This document shows positions 46,881 through 56,768 of a stretch of 64,000 nt of DNA, one piece after another. The notes beneath the pieces were generated by a model, which saw nothing but the letters and a program-made list of their open reading frames with translations, was not told the DNA's origin and searched no databases. Each line of letters begins with the position of its first letter. The stretch's first letter is position 1. The DNA is taken from positions 3,166-67,165 of the forward strand of contig JAXGQI010000007.1 in NCBI GenBank assembly GCA_040766525.1, read 5' to 3'. Source of the DNA: Clostridiales bacterium (GTDB lineage: Bacteria; Bacillota; Dehalobacteriia; UBA7702). The translations under genes were made by a program, and so were the position numbers.

Positions 46881-48305
46881 ATGAAATTCAGGACTAGAGT
46901 TGAGGTTATCCCAAAAGAGGAGTACAGCCGTATCCATGAGGGCTCCCTACGCTTATTGGAAGAAATGGGTGTCGTCTTTGAATGGGATGAGGCGGTTGAA
47001 ATCTGCAAAAAAGCGGGTTTAAAAACAGAAGGTAAAACTGTATTTTTCACCAGAAAAGTGGTGGAAGACGCATTAGCTTCTGTTCCGAAACAATATGAAT
47101 GGAAAGCCATCAACCCCGAAAGAAATGTTACGGTTGGCGATGGTTTTATTTTGCAACCCCCCTTCGGTGCCGTTTATGTGCAAGAGCCGGATGGTACCCG
47201 GAGGAAAGGTACGCTGGCGGATTATCGTGACTTCCAGATCATTTGCCAGGCTTTGCCTACGGTGAAAGCGACCGGTTCTTTGCCGATCACGCCTTGCGAT
47301 ACCACACCGGATGAAAGATATCTCCAAATGATGTATCATAATTTCAAACATACCGACAAACCGACCATCGGTACGATCACGACGTATGAACGAGCCAACC
47401 AGGTTCTTGATTTGATCGAACTGGCCGTTGGCAAGAAACTTGGTGAAAACGAATATTATTGTGCTACCGCGATCAATCCTTTGAGCCCCTTAAAATGGTC
47501 GCCGGAATCCTGCCAAACGATGATCGCTTATGCCAAACGCCGTCAGCCGATGTTCTATCTCCCCTGTGCGATGACCGGGGCAACTTCGCCCATCAGCTTG
47601 ATGGGAACTGCCGCAATGCAAAATGCGGAGATCCTTTCCGGTTTTACCTTTGCTAACTTGATCAGTCCCGGAATGCCCGGCGTTTTTGGCCCCGCTTCCT
47701 CTACTGCTTATATGAAAACGGCCAGTTATGTCACGGGCACGCCGGAAATGATGTTGATGAACAATATCAATTTGCAGATGGGCCGTGAGTTCTATCAAGT
47801 TCCCACCCGGACCATGTGCGGGATGTGCAGCTCCAAGATCGTAGACGCCCAGGCCGGATTTGAAACGATGCAGAATCTCCTCATGGGGATGTTGGGCGGC
47901 GCCCAGATCTTAAATGAATGTATCGGGATCTTGGATGAAATCATGTCTGTTTCCTTCCCCAAGATTATTATCGACCATGAAATGGTTGATCGGGTGATCC
48001 GCATTTGGGAAGGCGTTTATAAACAAGATTTCGACACCGATCTTTGCATCGATCTCATTAAAGAAGTTGGTCATTACGGCACTTATCTGACCCATGAAGA
48101 TACCTTTGCTCATTATCGTGACAGATGGACGCCCTCTATTTCCACCTGGGATTCCTATACCGCTTGGGAAAAAGCCGGTGCGGAAGATATCGTTACCCGG
48201 GCGGATCGGAAGTGCAAAGAGATCTTGGCCGAAGCTCCCGCAATGCTCTGTGATCCCGCCCTGGATCAGGAAATGCAGGCTTTCTTGAAGAAAACCCTGG
48301 GATAA
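46881..48305 (+). CDS. MttB-superfamily (trimethylamine methyltransferase-like) methyltransferase, non-pyrrolysine type
   Basis: 474 aa from the ATG at 46881 (RBS AAAGGAG). MKFRTRVEVIPKEEYSRIHEGSLRLLEEMGV.. and the overall length match MttB homologues. The frame is uninterrupted, with no in-frame TAG. Confidence 0.9.
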   Translation: MKFRTRVEVIPKEEYSRIHEGSLRLLEEMGVVFEWDEAVEICKKAGLKTEGKTVFFTRKVVEDALASVPKQYEWKAINPERNVTVGDGFILQPPFGAVYVQEPDGTRRKGTLADYRDFQIICQALPTVKATGSLPITPCDTTPDERYLQMMYHNFKHTDKPTIGTITTYERANQVLDLIELAVGKKLGENEYYCATAINPLSPLKWSPESCQTMIAYAKRRQPMFYLPCAMTGATSPISLMGTAAMQNAEILSGFTFANLISPGMPGVFGPASSTAYMKTASYVTGTPEMMLMNNINLQMGREFYQVPTRTMCGMCSSKIVDAQAGFETMQNLLMGMLGGAQILNECIGILDEIMSVSFPKIIIDHEMVDRVIRIWEGVYKQDFDTDLCIDLIKEVGHYGTYLTHEDTFAHYRDRWTPSISTWDSYTAWEKAGAEDIVTRADRKCKEILAEAPAMLCDPALDQEMQAFLKKTLG

Positions 48306-48329
48306 TCCTTCAGGATAAATTTATTGGCT

Positions 48330-48367
48330 AAAAGCAAGCCCGCCCCGAAAGGGGCGGGCTTGCTTTT
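48330..48367 (+). terminator. intrinsic terminator of the MttB-family gene
   Basis: AAAAGCAAGCCCGCCCC-GAAA-GGGGCGGGCTTGCTTTT, a 17-bp perfect stem with a T-tract. Confidence 0.8.
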
Positions 48368-48374
48368 AGCCGTC

Positions 48375-48485
48375 GGCAAAGTCTGATATGCGGCGCTGCC
48401 GCAGGCCAAAGCGTTCACCGTGTCTAAGCCCCTTTCTCGACGACCTGTCATTTTGTAGGCCAAAATCCGCTTTCAGCGACGTTTT
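48375..48485 (+). repeat. solo right-arm fragment of the type-B palindromic repeat
   Basis: GATATGCGGCGCTGCCGCAGGCCAAAGCG...CGACGACCTGTCATTTTGTAGGCCAAAATCCGCTTTCAG aligns to 21846-21968. No left arm is present. Confidence 0.5.
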
Positions 48486-48592
48486 TCTACAGCCTGGCAT
48501 TTCAGGGAGGGCATGCTTTTTTTATTGAAGGATAGTATTTGCCTCGGCTTTACGATATAATGGAAACAGATCAATAGTTTGGAGGGATTCTT

Positions 48593-49159
48593 ATGTTTTG
48601 GGCGATTGGAATTATTGGTATTCTTTTTATCATCTTCTTTTGGGGCATGAGCATGTACAATGGCTTTGTCAAGATCCGCAATCGGATTGAAGAAGCCTTT
48701 GCGACGATGGACGTCTATTTGAAAAAACGGTATGATTTGGTCCCCAATTTGGTGGAAACCGTCAAAGGCTACGCCTCTCATGAAAGAGAAACTTTGACGA
48801 AGGTCGTGGAAGCGCGGAATCAAGCCTTGACCAGCAGCCAAGGGCCGATTGACCAAAGGGTCAAGAACGAAGGGCAGTTGACCGAGGCTTTGCGGGGCCT
48901 TTTGGCGATTGCGGAAAATTATCCCAATTTGAAAGCAGATACCCAATTTCTTGATCTACAACAGCAGTTGCAGAAACTGGAAGAAGATATCGCGCAATCG
49001 AGAAAGTATTATAATGCCGTCGTGAAAACCTTTAATACGAAATGCGAGGTTTTCCCCTCGAACTTGATTGCCGCGATCTTTAATTTCAGTAGACGCGAAT
49101 ACTTTCAAGTGGAAGATGAAAAGGAAAGGGCCAATGTTAAAGTCGATTTTTCGCATTAA
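48593..49159 (+). CDS. LemA-family protein
   Basis: An N-terminal TM segment, then YNGFVKIRNRIEEAFATMDVYLKKRYDLVPNLVETVKGYASHE and the ..NYPNLKAD..F..LQ..L..E..I...R..YN.. LemA signature. Confidence 0.9.
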   Translation: MFWAIGIIGILFIIFFWGMSMYNGFVKIRNRIEEAFATMDVYLKKRYDLVPNLVETVKGYASHERETLTKVVEARNQALTSSQGPIDQRVKNEGQLTEALRGLLAIAENYPNLKADTQFLDLQQQLQKLEEDIAQSRKYYNAVVKTFNTKCEVFPSNLIAAIFNFSRREYFQVEDEKERANVKVDFSH

Positions 49160-51614
49160 ATCGTTGGGAAAAGGGTTCCAATTTGCCGCGCTTTTGTTCT
49201 TCTTAGGCCTGTTTCTCCTCCCTGCCGTCGGTGTGCGGGCGGAGGCTTATGAAATCGGGAGCTATCGGGTCCATATGGTGCTGGGGGAAGATCGCTCTTG
49301 CCAAGTCACCGAGGATATCTCGATGTATTTTGACGAGGAGCGCCAGGGGATCATTCGCACGCTGCCGCACCAAAACAGCATTGAGAGTTTCACTTTGGGG
49401 GATATCAATGTTGTTGGAGACCCTTTTTCCCTGGAAGAATATGAGGATTATACCGATGTGCGTATTGGGGAAGCGGGATTCTATTTCAGCGGCAGCAAAC
49501 AGTATTCCATTAAGTTTACCCGCAATTATTATCAGGATTTTGACAGTGAGTATGACTGGTTTTATACCGATTTAATCCCCGGTGATTGGGATACCTCGAT
49601 TGACCGTGGGGAAATCACCATTGAATTGCCGGCCCAGATACTGGACTATACCTTGCATTTTGCCCCGGTTGGGGAGCAAGGCGGCGCCGAGGATCTGGCG
49701 GTAGAGGTCAATGACGGCGTGATGACCGTGAAAACGCTGCGCCGGGTCGAGAACGGAGAGGCCGTTACTTTGATGGCCAAATTCCCGGAGGGCACCTTTT
49801 GGGCAGCGCCGGAAAAGGTCTATCCCTATAGCGTTGCCGATTACCAGGCGCAATCCTCTTTGGATGACACCGGTAATCTCCATGTGAGGGAAGCATTTAC
49901 CGTTGATTTCCGTGAAGAGACAGCGGCGGTTACCTATGACCTCAATCTGGAAGAAGGGGTGAACGGTTGGCCGGTGCGACTTACCCATTTTCAGATGATT
50001 GAGGGGGAAGGGAGTTATTCTGCCGATGGCGAAACCGGTACGATCTCCCTTTACGCTCTAGACGGCAATCCCCTGAGCGGCGAGCGGCAATTCATTGTGG
50101 AATATGATTTGGTTTTTCCTGCCGACGGCAATGAGGGGAAGGATCTGTTTCTTTTCCAATTTCCTGGGATTTGGTCTTGCCCGGTGGAACATGCTGTGGT
50201 AGAGATGGAACTTCCGGTAGCCGCCCTTTCTCATCAGGCGCTTTATTGGTATCTTGGCGATGAGATCGGCAGCGACGCCAAGGTGGAGACGGTGGCTAAC
50301 GACAGTACGATTGTCTTTACCGGGCTGGACCCGCTGACGGAGCGGCAATCGATCGGCTTTTTGTTGGAATTTCCCGATGGCACATTCGTGAAGCCCTTGG
50401 CCTTGCCGGAGCGGATCGGGATTTTACTGGCACTTGTTTTTGCCGTGCTGGCGGTGTTTTTCTATCTCCGCTATGGCCGGGATGAAACCCTTGTGCCGGT
50501 GGTGGAATTTTATCCCCCGGATGGGATGAATCCTGCGGAAGTGGGATATGTGATCGATCGCAGTGTCGAAACCGTGGATGCGACAGCGTTGATCTTTTAC
50601 TGGGCGTCCCACGGCCACTTGGAAATCGAGGCCCGCGGGAAAGCTTTTACGCTCCACCTCAAAAGCAGCTTGGATAGCGCCCACAGCGCCTATGAAAAGC
50701 GGGCTTTCCAGAAATTATGGGAATTGGGGAACGGCCGCTCCGTTGATAACGGAGAGCTGGAAGGCAAGTATTACCTCGAAATATTACAGATTAAGAGAGA
50801 AGTTCGGGCCGCCTTCAAAAAAGGGAAGGCCTTACAGGATTCCAAGGCATCCGCTTTTGCATTTTTGTCTTTCTTTTTCGGTATCCTCGTTTTGCCCTTT
50901 GTGCCGATGGCTGCCGTTTATAATATTGGCCTCGGCTGGAGCGGCGCTTGGATCGCCTATGGGATTGCATTTATGGTATTCGGGCTTTTGGGATTTTTCC
51001 TCCGCAGTCGGGCTGACCGGCTCCAGAAATATTGGTATAAGCGGGGCGCCGTAAGGCGCGCCGGAGGGACGCTCCTGTTCACGATTATCTTCGTGTTGGT
51101 CATTTTCCTGTTGGGGTTATTCTTTAGCGTTTGGGAGATGAAGCCCTATACCGTTTGGATCTGTTTGGGGGCGGGTTTTTTCTCCATTCTACTTTCCGTG
51201 TTTACCACGAGGCGCTCTTCGTATGGGCAAGCGATCAGCGAACGGATTGTTGGTTTCCGCAATTTCTTACGGGATGCGGAAAAGGAGAAGCTGGAAGCGC
51301 TCATGGAAGAAAATCCGGAATACTTCTATGATATCCTTCCCTATGCCCAAGTATTGGGGGTAACGAAGATTTGGGGCGAAAAATTCGCCGATCTGTCTTT
51401 GCCGCCTCCGACATGGTATCATCAGAATAGCGGTGATTTTACCACTATGGTTTTTGTCGCGAACTACATGCATCTCGCAAATCAGATGAATCGCAGCGCC
51501 GTTACACCGCCGAAGGTTGAAGGCGGCAGCGGCGGAGGCGGTTTCAGTGGCGGCGGCTTCGGCGGCGGCGGTTTTTCCGGCGGCGGCGGTGGCGGCGGCG
51601 GTAGTTCCTGGTAA
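49134..51614 (+). CDS. DUF2207-domain membrane protein (LemA partner)
   Basis: The start is trimmed to MLKSIFRIK.. and overlaps the lemA end. It has a signal peptide, an extracellular domain, several TM segments and the typical Gly-rich tail GGSGGGGFSGGGFGGGGFSGGGGGGGGSSW. Confidence 0.85.
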   Translation: MLKSIFRIKSLGKGFQFAALLFFLGLFLLPAVGVRAEAYEIGSYRVHMVLGEDRSCQVTEDISMYFDEERQGIIRTLPHQNSIESFTLGDINVVGDPFSLEEYEDYTDVRIGEAGFYFSGSKQYSIKFTRNYYQDFDSEYDWFYTDLIPGDWDTSIDRGEITIELPAQILDYTLHFAPVGEQGGAEDLAVEVNDGVMTVKTLRRVENGEAVTLMAKFPEGTFWAAPEKVYPYSVADYQAQSSLDDTGNLHVREAFTVDFREETAAVTYDLNLEEGVNGWPVRLTHFQMIEGEGSYSADGETGTISLYALDGNPLSGERQFIVEYDLVFPADGNEGKDLFLFQFPGIWSCPVEHAVVEMELPVAALSHQALYWYLGDEIGSDAKVETVANDSTIVFTGLDPLTERQSIGFLLEFPDGTFVKPLALPERIGILLALVFAVLAVFFYLRYGRDETLVPVVEFYPPDGMNPAEVGYVIDRSVETVDATALIFYWASHGHLEIEARGKAFTLHLKSSLDSAHSAYEKRAFQKLWELGNGRSVDNGELEGKYYLEILQIKREVRAAFKKGKALQDSKASAFAFLSFFFGILVLPFVPMAAVYNIGLGWSGAWIAYGIAFMVFGLLGFFLRSRADRLQKYWYKRGAVRRAGGTLLFTIIFVLVIFLLGLFFSVWEMKPYTVWICLGAGFFSILLSVFTTRRSSYGQAISERIVGFRNFLRDAEKEKLEALMEENPEYFYDILPYAQVLGVTKIWGEKFADLSLPPPTWYHQNSGDFTTMVFVANYMHLANQMNRSAVTPPKVEGGSGGGGFSGGGFGGGGFSGGGGGGGGSSW

Positions 51615-51648
51615 CGAAGGAGTATTGCTGTTAAGTGAAAAAAGTTTT

Positions 51649-51698
51649 GGGCTGTTCCGATTGGCCGTAAGGTCGTTTCGGGGCAGCCTTTTGTTTTT
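51649..51698 (+). terminator. intrinsic terminator after the DUF2207 gene
   Basis: GGCTGTTCCGA...TCGGGGCAGCC stem (two G-U pairs in RNA) followed by TTTTGTTTTT. Confidence 0.6.
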
Positions 51699-51951
51699 GG
51701 CTTTTGTCACATATTGCAGAGTTATTTGTTTATTTTTGTGTAATAACGGCATAAGAATTTCTTGCCGAGGAAATCTTCCCACCTGCCATTTTGCATAAAA
51801 TTGATTTATTTATTATTTTTATAGGGCTTTGCCGCAATAATTTCCACAAAATAGGATGCAAAATGTATAAGTAATAATCTTCCGAATTGATTGATTTATC
51901 TGAATATTCGTGCTATAATGGCGAAATATAGTTAGAATGGGAGTGGTAGAA

Positions 51952-53283
51952 ATGAACATGCAGAAGTTTTTAGAGGAGATCAAAGACAAGAACCCCGGAC
52001 AGCCTAATTTTCTTCAGGCCGTTACGGAGGTATGCCTCTCGGTAGTACCCTTTATCGAGAAGAATCCACAGTATGCCAAGGCCAAGATTTTGGAGCGGAT
52101 GGTCGTGCCCGAGCGTACTGTGGTTTTTCGTGTCTGTTGGGTGGATGACCAAGGAGAAGTTCAGGTGAACCGTGGCTATCGGGTGCAGATGAACAGCGCA
52201 ATTGGGCCTTATAAGGGCGGTTTGCGTTTCCATCCCACGGTTGATCTGGGGCTTTTGAAATTTCTAGCTTTTGAGCAAACCTTTAAGAACAGCCTGACAA
52301 CGCTGCCGATGGGCGGCGCTAAAGGTGGTTCCGATTTTGACCCCAGCAACAAGAGCGATGGCGAGGTTATGCGGTTCTGCCAGGCCTTTATGACGGAACT
52401 GTATCGTCATATCGGGCCGGATCTCGATGTTCCCGCCGGGGATATCGGGGTTGGCGGCCGCGAGATCGGTTTCCTTTTCGGCCAGTATCGCCGCATCCGC
52501 AATGAATTCACCGGTACCCTCACCGGCAAAGGTTTGAGTTTCGGCGGCAGCTTGATTCGGCCGGAAGCCACGGGTTACGGACTATGTTATTTTCTTGAGG
52601 AAATGTTGAAGGATCGCAAAGATACCTTCGATGGAAAAACAATCCTTGTTTCCGGCGCCGGTAATGTTGCCCTCTATACGGTGGAAAAAGCCCATCAATT
52701 CGGTGCCAAAGTAGTTACCTTATCTGATTCCTGCGGTTATATTTATGATCCCAAGGGGATCAACCTTGATGTGGCCCGCCAGATCAAAGAAGTGGAGCGT
52801 TGCCGGATCTCGGAATATGCCAAACGGGTACCGGGAAGCGTCTATCGGGAAGGCTGCCGCAATGTGTGGCAGGAAAAAGGCGATATCGCGCTGCCCTGCG
52901 CTACGCAAAATGAAATCAACGGTGACGAAGCCAAAACTTTGGTGGCCAATGGCGTCAAATATGTGGCAGAAGGCGCTAATATGCCCTCGACCCCCGAAGC
53001 CATTGAAGTTTATATGGAAAATGATGTTTATTATGGCCCCGGTAAAGCGGCCAATGCCGGCGGCGTAGCGACCAGCGGTTTGGAAATGTGCCAAAATTCC
53101 CAACGCTATTCCTGGTCGTCTGAAAAAGTGGATCGGAAATTACGCGCGATCATGCAGACGATCCATCACACCTCGAAAGAAGAGGCAATCTTAGTGGGGC
53201 AGGAAGGGAATTTGATGACCGGCGCCAACATTGCCGGCTTCATTAAAGTTGCCGACGCCATGTTGGCGCAAGGCATTATTTAA
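51952..53283 (+). CDS. gdhA: NADP-specific glutamate dehydrogenase
   Basis: ..RGYRVQMNSAIGPYKGGLRFHP..LKFLAFEQTFKNSLT.LPMGGAKGGSDFDP.. is the hexameric GDH signature. 443 aa from the ATG at 51952. Confidence 0.92.
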   Translation: MNMQKFLEEIKDKNPGQPNFLQAVTEVCLSVVPFIEKNPQYAKAKILERMVVPERTVVFRVCWVDDQGEVQVNRGYRVQMNSAIGPYKGGLRFHPTVDLGLLKFLAFEQTFKNSLTTLPMGGAKGGSDFDPSNKSDGEVMRFCQAFMTELYRHIGPDLDVPAGDIGVGGREIGFLFGQYRRIRNEFTGTLTGKGLSFGGSLIRPEATGYGLCYFLEEMLKDRKDTFDGKTILVSGAGNVALYTVEKAHQFGAKVVTLSDSCGYIYDPKGINLDVARQIKEVERCRISEYAKRVPGSVYREGCRNVWQEKGDIALPCATQNEINGDEAKTLVANGVKYVAEGANMPSTPEAIEVYMENDVYYGPGKAANAGGVATSGLEMCQNSQRYSWSSEKVDRKLRAIMQTIHHTSKEEAILVGQEGNLMTGANIAGFIKVADAMLAQGII

Positions 53284-53297
53284 AAAGAATTGATTTT

Positions 53298-53335
53298 GGG
53301 GTCGCCGCAGTTTTTTGCGGCGGCCCTTTGTATGT
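53298..53335 (+). terminator. intrinsic terminator of gdhA
   Basis: GGGTCGCCGC-AGTTTTTT-GCGGCGGCCC stem followed by a T-rich tract. Confidence 0.7.
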
Positions 53336-53421
53336 TTTGCCCCGGAAAGGCCAAAATAGAGGAAAAAGGGAAGCGATAATGATCCTTTTCGTTGAAATTT
53401 TCGTCTTTTCATGGTTTTATC

Positions 53422-53450
53422 TTGACAAAAAGGCCACTGTATATATAAAA
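53422..53450 (+). promoter_or_regulatory. sigma-A promoter of the ileS leader
   Basis: TTGACA (53422-53427) followed after 14-16 nt by a TATATA/TATAAA -10 candidate. Confidence 0.5.
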
Positions 53451-53454
53451 TAGT

Positions 53455-53700
53455 AAGATAATAGAAAAGCTAAAACGATGAACGGGATGGCAAAAGAGGA
53501 AAGCCGACAGCGAATCCGGGACGGTGTGAGCCGGAAGGGCGGATGTTTTGCAGATCACCCGTGAGTGATGCTTTGAATCAGTAGATGCATCCGGCAGCCA
53601 CCGTTATGGTTTTGTTCGGGTTTCCCCGGCAAGTTGAGCGCCTCTTGGGAAACAGGGTGGTACCGCGATTTTCGTCCCTGTGTCAGGGGCTTTTTATTTT
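53455..53700 (+). promoter_or_regulatory. T-box leader (tRNA-Ile-responsive) with terminator/antiterminator
   Basis: T-box sequence AACAGGGTGGTACCGCG (53651-53667). Terminator GTCCCTG..CAGGGGC + T5 (53674-53700). Stem I elements are GATGA and a GGTGTGAGCC distal loop. The candidate specifier is ATC (Ile) at 53554-53556, followed by A. Confidence 0.85.
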
Positions 53701-53726
53701 GGCAGGATTTTGAAAGGAGTAGGAAA

Positions 53727-56492
53727 ATGGATTACAGTAAGACCTTGAATTTACCGGAAACAGAGTTCCCCATGCGGGGGAATCTGCCGAAAAAGGAGCC
53801 GGATATTTTAGCCTATTGGGAGGAGACCGATATTTATCAAAAAACCTTGGACGCCAATGCCAAGGGAATGCCTTTTATTTTGCATGACGGCCCTCCTTAT
53901 GCCAACGGTGATATCCACTTGGGCCATGCTTTAAATAAGGTCTTGAAAGATATCATTATTAAATACAAGACGATGCAGGGATTTTGGTCTCCCTATATTC
54001 CCGGCTGGGATACCCATGGACTTCCGATCGAACAACGGGCGATCAAGGATTTGGGCTTGAATCGGAAGGCGGTTGCCATCACCGAGTTTCGGGATAAATG
54101 TAAGGAATACGCCTTAAAATATGTCGGTATTCAGAAAGAAGAATTCCGTCGCCTCGGTATCCGCGGCGATTGGGAACATCCATATTTGACTTTGAATCCG
54201 GAGTTTGAAGCGGTCCAGATTGGCGTTTTCGGTGAAATGGCTCAAAAAGGCTATATTTATAAAGGTTTGAAGCCGGTGTATTGGTGCCCTTCCTGTGAAA
54301 CGGCATTGGCGGAAGCGGAAGTGGAGTATGCCGACCATAAATCTCCTTCTATCTATGTAAAATTCCAAGTGAAAGACGGCAAAGGTCTTTTACCTTCCGA
54401 CGCTTATGTGATCATTTGGACCACGACCCCCTGGACCTTGCCTGCCAATGTGGCCGTCTGCATGAATCGGGATTTCCACTATCTGCTTTTGGAAGTGGAA
54501 GGGGAAAAATGGCTCGTAGGGAAGCCTTTGATGGAAAAATTCGTAAAAGACACCGGTATCGGCGACTATCGGATCATCGGTGAATTCACCGGTGCGGAAC
54601 TGGAATATATCACCTGCGTCCATCCTCTGTTTGAAGACAAAGAATCCCTGGCGATCTTGGGAGATCATGTCACGGATGAAGCGGGTACCGGGATTGTTCA
54701 TACGGCGCCGGGCCATGGGGTCGACGACTTCAATGTCGGCCGCCAATACAAATTGGATGTGGTTTCTCCCCTTGATAATATGGGGAAATTTACGGAAGAA
54801 GGTCGGCGTTTTGCCGGGCTTACGACGGATGAAGCCAACAAAGCCATCACAAAAGAGCTGGAAGAAAAAGGGCGTTTGATCAAACTGATCTTTATTCAAC
54901 ACCAATATCCCCATTGCTGGCGGTGTAAGAGCCCGATCCTTTTCCGCGCGACGGAACAGTGGTTTGCCTCGATCGACGGTTTCCGCAAAAGAGCCTTGGA
55001 AGAGATTGATAAGGTCCGCTGGATCCCGGCTTGGGGCCGAGAACGGATCTACAATATGATTCGGGATAGAGGGGATTGGTGTATTTCCCGGCAAAGAACT
55101 TGGGGCGTGCCGATTCCGATCTTTTACTGTGAACAATGCGGGAAAGAGATCATTACGGAAGAAACCATTACCCATCTCCAGGAGATTTTCAGAACGGAAG
55201 GCGGTTCTCAGGCGTGGTTCGCCAAGGATGCCGCGGATTTGCTGCCGGCAGGGTTCACTTGCCCCGCATGCGGCCAGAATCATTTTCGTAAAGAGACGGA
55301 TATCATGGATGTTTGGTTCGATTCCGGCAGCAGCTTTGCTTCCGTAATTGAGGCCAACCCGGAGATCAATGCTGATATCGACCTGTACTTGGAAGGGAGC
55401 GACCAGCACCGCGGTTGGTTCAACTCCTCGCTTTCGATTTCCGTTGCGACCCGGGACAAAGCGCCCTATAAAGCGGTTTTGACCCATGGTTTCCTTGTGG
55501 ATGAGCAGGGACATAAACAATCCAAATCCCAAGGGAATACGGTGGATCCCTTAAAGATCATCAAGAATATGGGCGCCGATGTATTGCGACTTTGGGTGGC
55601 TTCGGCGGATTATCGCAATGATATGGCCAATTCCGATAATATCATGAAACAGATCGCGGAAGCATATCGCAAAATCAGGAATACGATTCGGTTCTTTATG
55701 GGGAATCTGGCGGATTTCGATGTGGAAAAAGACCGGGTCCTCTATGGAGACATGGGAGAACTGGATCGCTATGCCCTTCATATGTTGGAAACCCTGAAGG
55801 AAAAGGTATTGCGTGCCTATGATGAGTATGAATTCCATGTTGTCTTCCATAGCTTGCATAAATTCTGCGTTGTCGATATGAGTGCATTTTATCTCGACAT
55901 CATCAAAGACCGGCTCTATGTTTTGGACAAAGAGGATCCGGAAAGGAGAGCGGCGCAAACCGTTCTCTATGATGTCGCCCAGGCTTTGGTGCGGCTGTTA
56001 GCCCCGATCTTGACCTTTACTTCCGAAGAAATTTGGTCCTACATGCGTACAGAAGGGGAGCCCGAAAGCGTGCAGCTCCTTTCCATGCCGGATATGAACT
56101 GGAACCATATGGACGCCGCTTTGGCGGAAAAATGGGAAAAGATCATCGCTCTTCGTGATGAAGGGACGAAAGTATTGGAAGAAGCGCGGCGGGAAAAGGT
56201 GATCGGCCATTCCTTAGACGCTGCGGTAACCATCACCGCGCAAGGAGAGGATTATGAGCGCTTAAAGTCTTTGGAAGATGAATTGGAGGATATCTTCATC
56301 GTTTCCCAAGTTGTTTTAGAAGAAGGAACAGAAAATCGGTTTGCTGTGGCTGCTGCGAAAGGGGAAAAATGCGAACGGTGCTGGAACTATAAGGAAAGCG
56401 TCGGTGAAGATGCGGTCCATCCCACTTTGTGCAGCCGTTGTGCTGCCATTGTCGCCGGTCTCGATTTAACGGAGGTGGAAAATGAAGGGTAA
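53727..56492 (+). CDS. ileS: isoleucine-tRNA ligase
   Basis: 921 aa from the ATG at 53727 (RBS AAAGGAG). HIGH motif (PYANGDIHLGH), KMSKS variant (KQSKSQGN), and a C-terminal Zn-binding CxxC pair. Confidence 0.97.
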   Translation: MDYSKTLNLPETEFPMRGNLPKKEPDILAYWEETDIYQKTLDANAKGMPFILHDGPPYANGDIHLGHALNKVLKDIIIKYKTMQGFWSPYIPGWDTHGLPIEQRAIKDLGLNRKAVAITEFRDKCKEYALKYVGIQKEEFRRLGIRGDWEHPYLTLNPEFEAVQIGVFGEMAQKGYIYKGLKPVYWCPSCETALAEAEVEYADHKSPSIYVKFQVKDGKGLLPSDAYVIIWTTTPWTLPANVAVCMNRDFHYLLLEVEGEKWLVGKPLMEKFVKDTGIGDYRIIGEFTGAELEYITCVHPLFEDKESLAILGDHVTDEAGTGIVHTAPGHGVDDFNVGRQYKLDVVSPLDNMGKFTEEGRRFAGLTTDEANKAITKELEEKGRLIKLIFIQHQYPHCWRCKSPILFRATEQWFASIDGFRKRALEEIDKVRWIPAWGRERIYNMIRDRGDWCISRQRTWGVPIPIFYCEQCGKEIITEETITHLQEIFRTEGGSQAWFAKDAADLLPAGFTCPACGQNHFRKETDIMDVWFDSGSSFASVIEANPEINADIDLYLEGSDQHRGWFNSSLSISVATRDKAPYKAVLTHGFLVDEQGHKQSKSQGNTVDPLKIIKNMGADVLRLWVASADYRNDMANSDNIMKQIAEAYRKIRNTIRFFMGNLADFDVEKDRVLYGDMGELDRYALHMLETLKEKVLRAYDEYEFHVVFHSLHKFCVVDMSAFYLDIIKDRLYVLDKEDPERRAAQTVLYDVAQALVRLLAPILTFTSEEIWSYMRTEGEPESVQLLSMPDMNWNHMDAALAEKWEKIIALRDEGTKVLEEARREKVIGHSLDAAVTITAQGEDYERLKSLEDELEDIFIVSQVVLEEGTENRFAVAAAKGEKCERCWNYKESVGEDAVHPTLCSRCAAIVAGLDLTEVENEG

Positions 56493-56757
56493 AACGATCA
56501 TTACGGTTATCGGTACCGACAGAATTGGAATTATTGCGGCGGTAACCGGTGTTTTAGCGGATCACCGGGTTAATATCCTCGATATCAATCAAACGATCAT
56601 GCAGGATTTTTTTACGATGATCATGCTTTGTGATCTATCTACCAGCGATATCGAGCTCGCTGCTTTGCAGGATGAATTGGAAGTGGTGGCAAAGGCAAAA
56701 CAGGTGCAGATCCAGGCCCAGCACGAGGATATCTTTACCTATATGCATAGGATTTGA
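56482..56757 (+). CDS. ACT-domain protein (UPF0237 family)
   Basis: [48 protein letters not shown]. 91 aa. This is the conserved pairing with the following UPF0210 gene. Confidence 0.85.
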   Translation: MKGKTIITVIGTDRIGIIAAVTGVLADHRVNILDINQTIMQDFFTMIMLCDLSTSDIELAALQDELEVVAKAKQVQIQAQHEDIFTYMHRI

Positions 56758-56768
56758 GGAGGAAAAAG

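Noticed and set aside
51517-51610. GGC/GGT-rich low-complexity DNA that looks like a tandem repeat array
   Set aside because: It encodes the Gly-rich C-terminal tail (GGSGGGGFSGGGFGGGGFSGGGGGGGGSSW) typical of DUF2207 proteins and has no spacer/repeat periodicity.
54390-55532. 380-aa minus-strand ORF, and several shorter ones, inside ileS
   Set aside because: It is antisense to a fully intact, strongly recognisable ileS frame. The composition is Arg/Gly/Pro/Phe-rich, typical of shadow ORFs, and it has no RBS or family resemblance.
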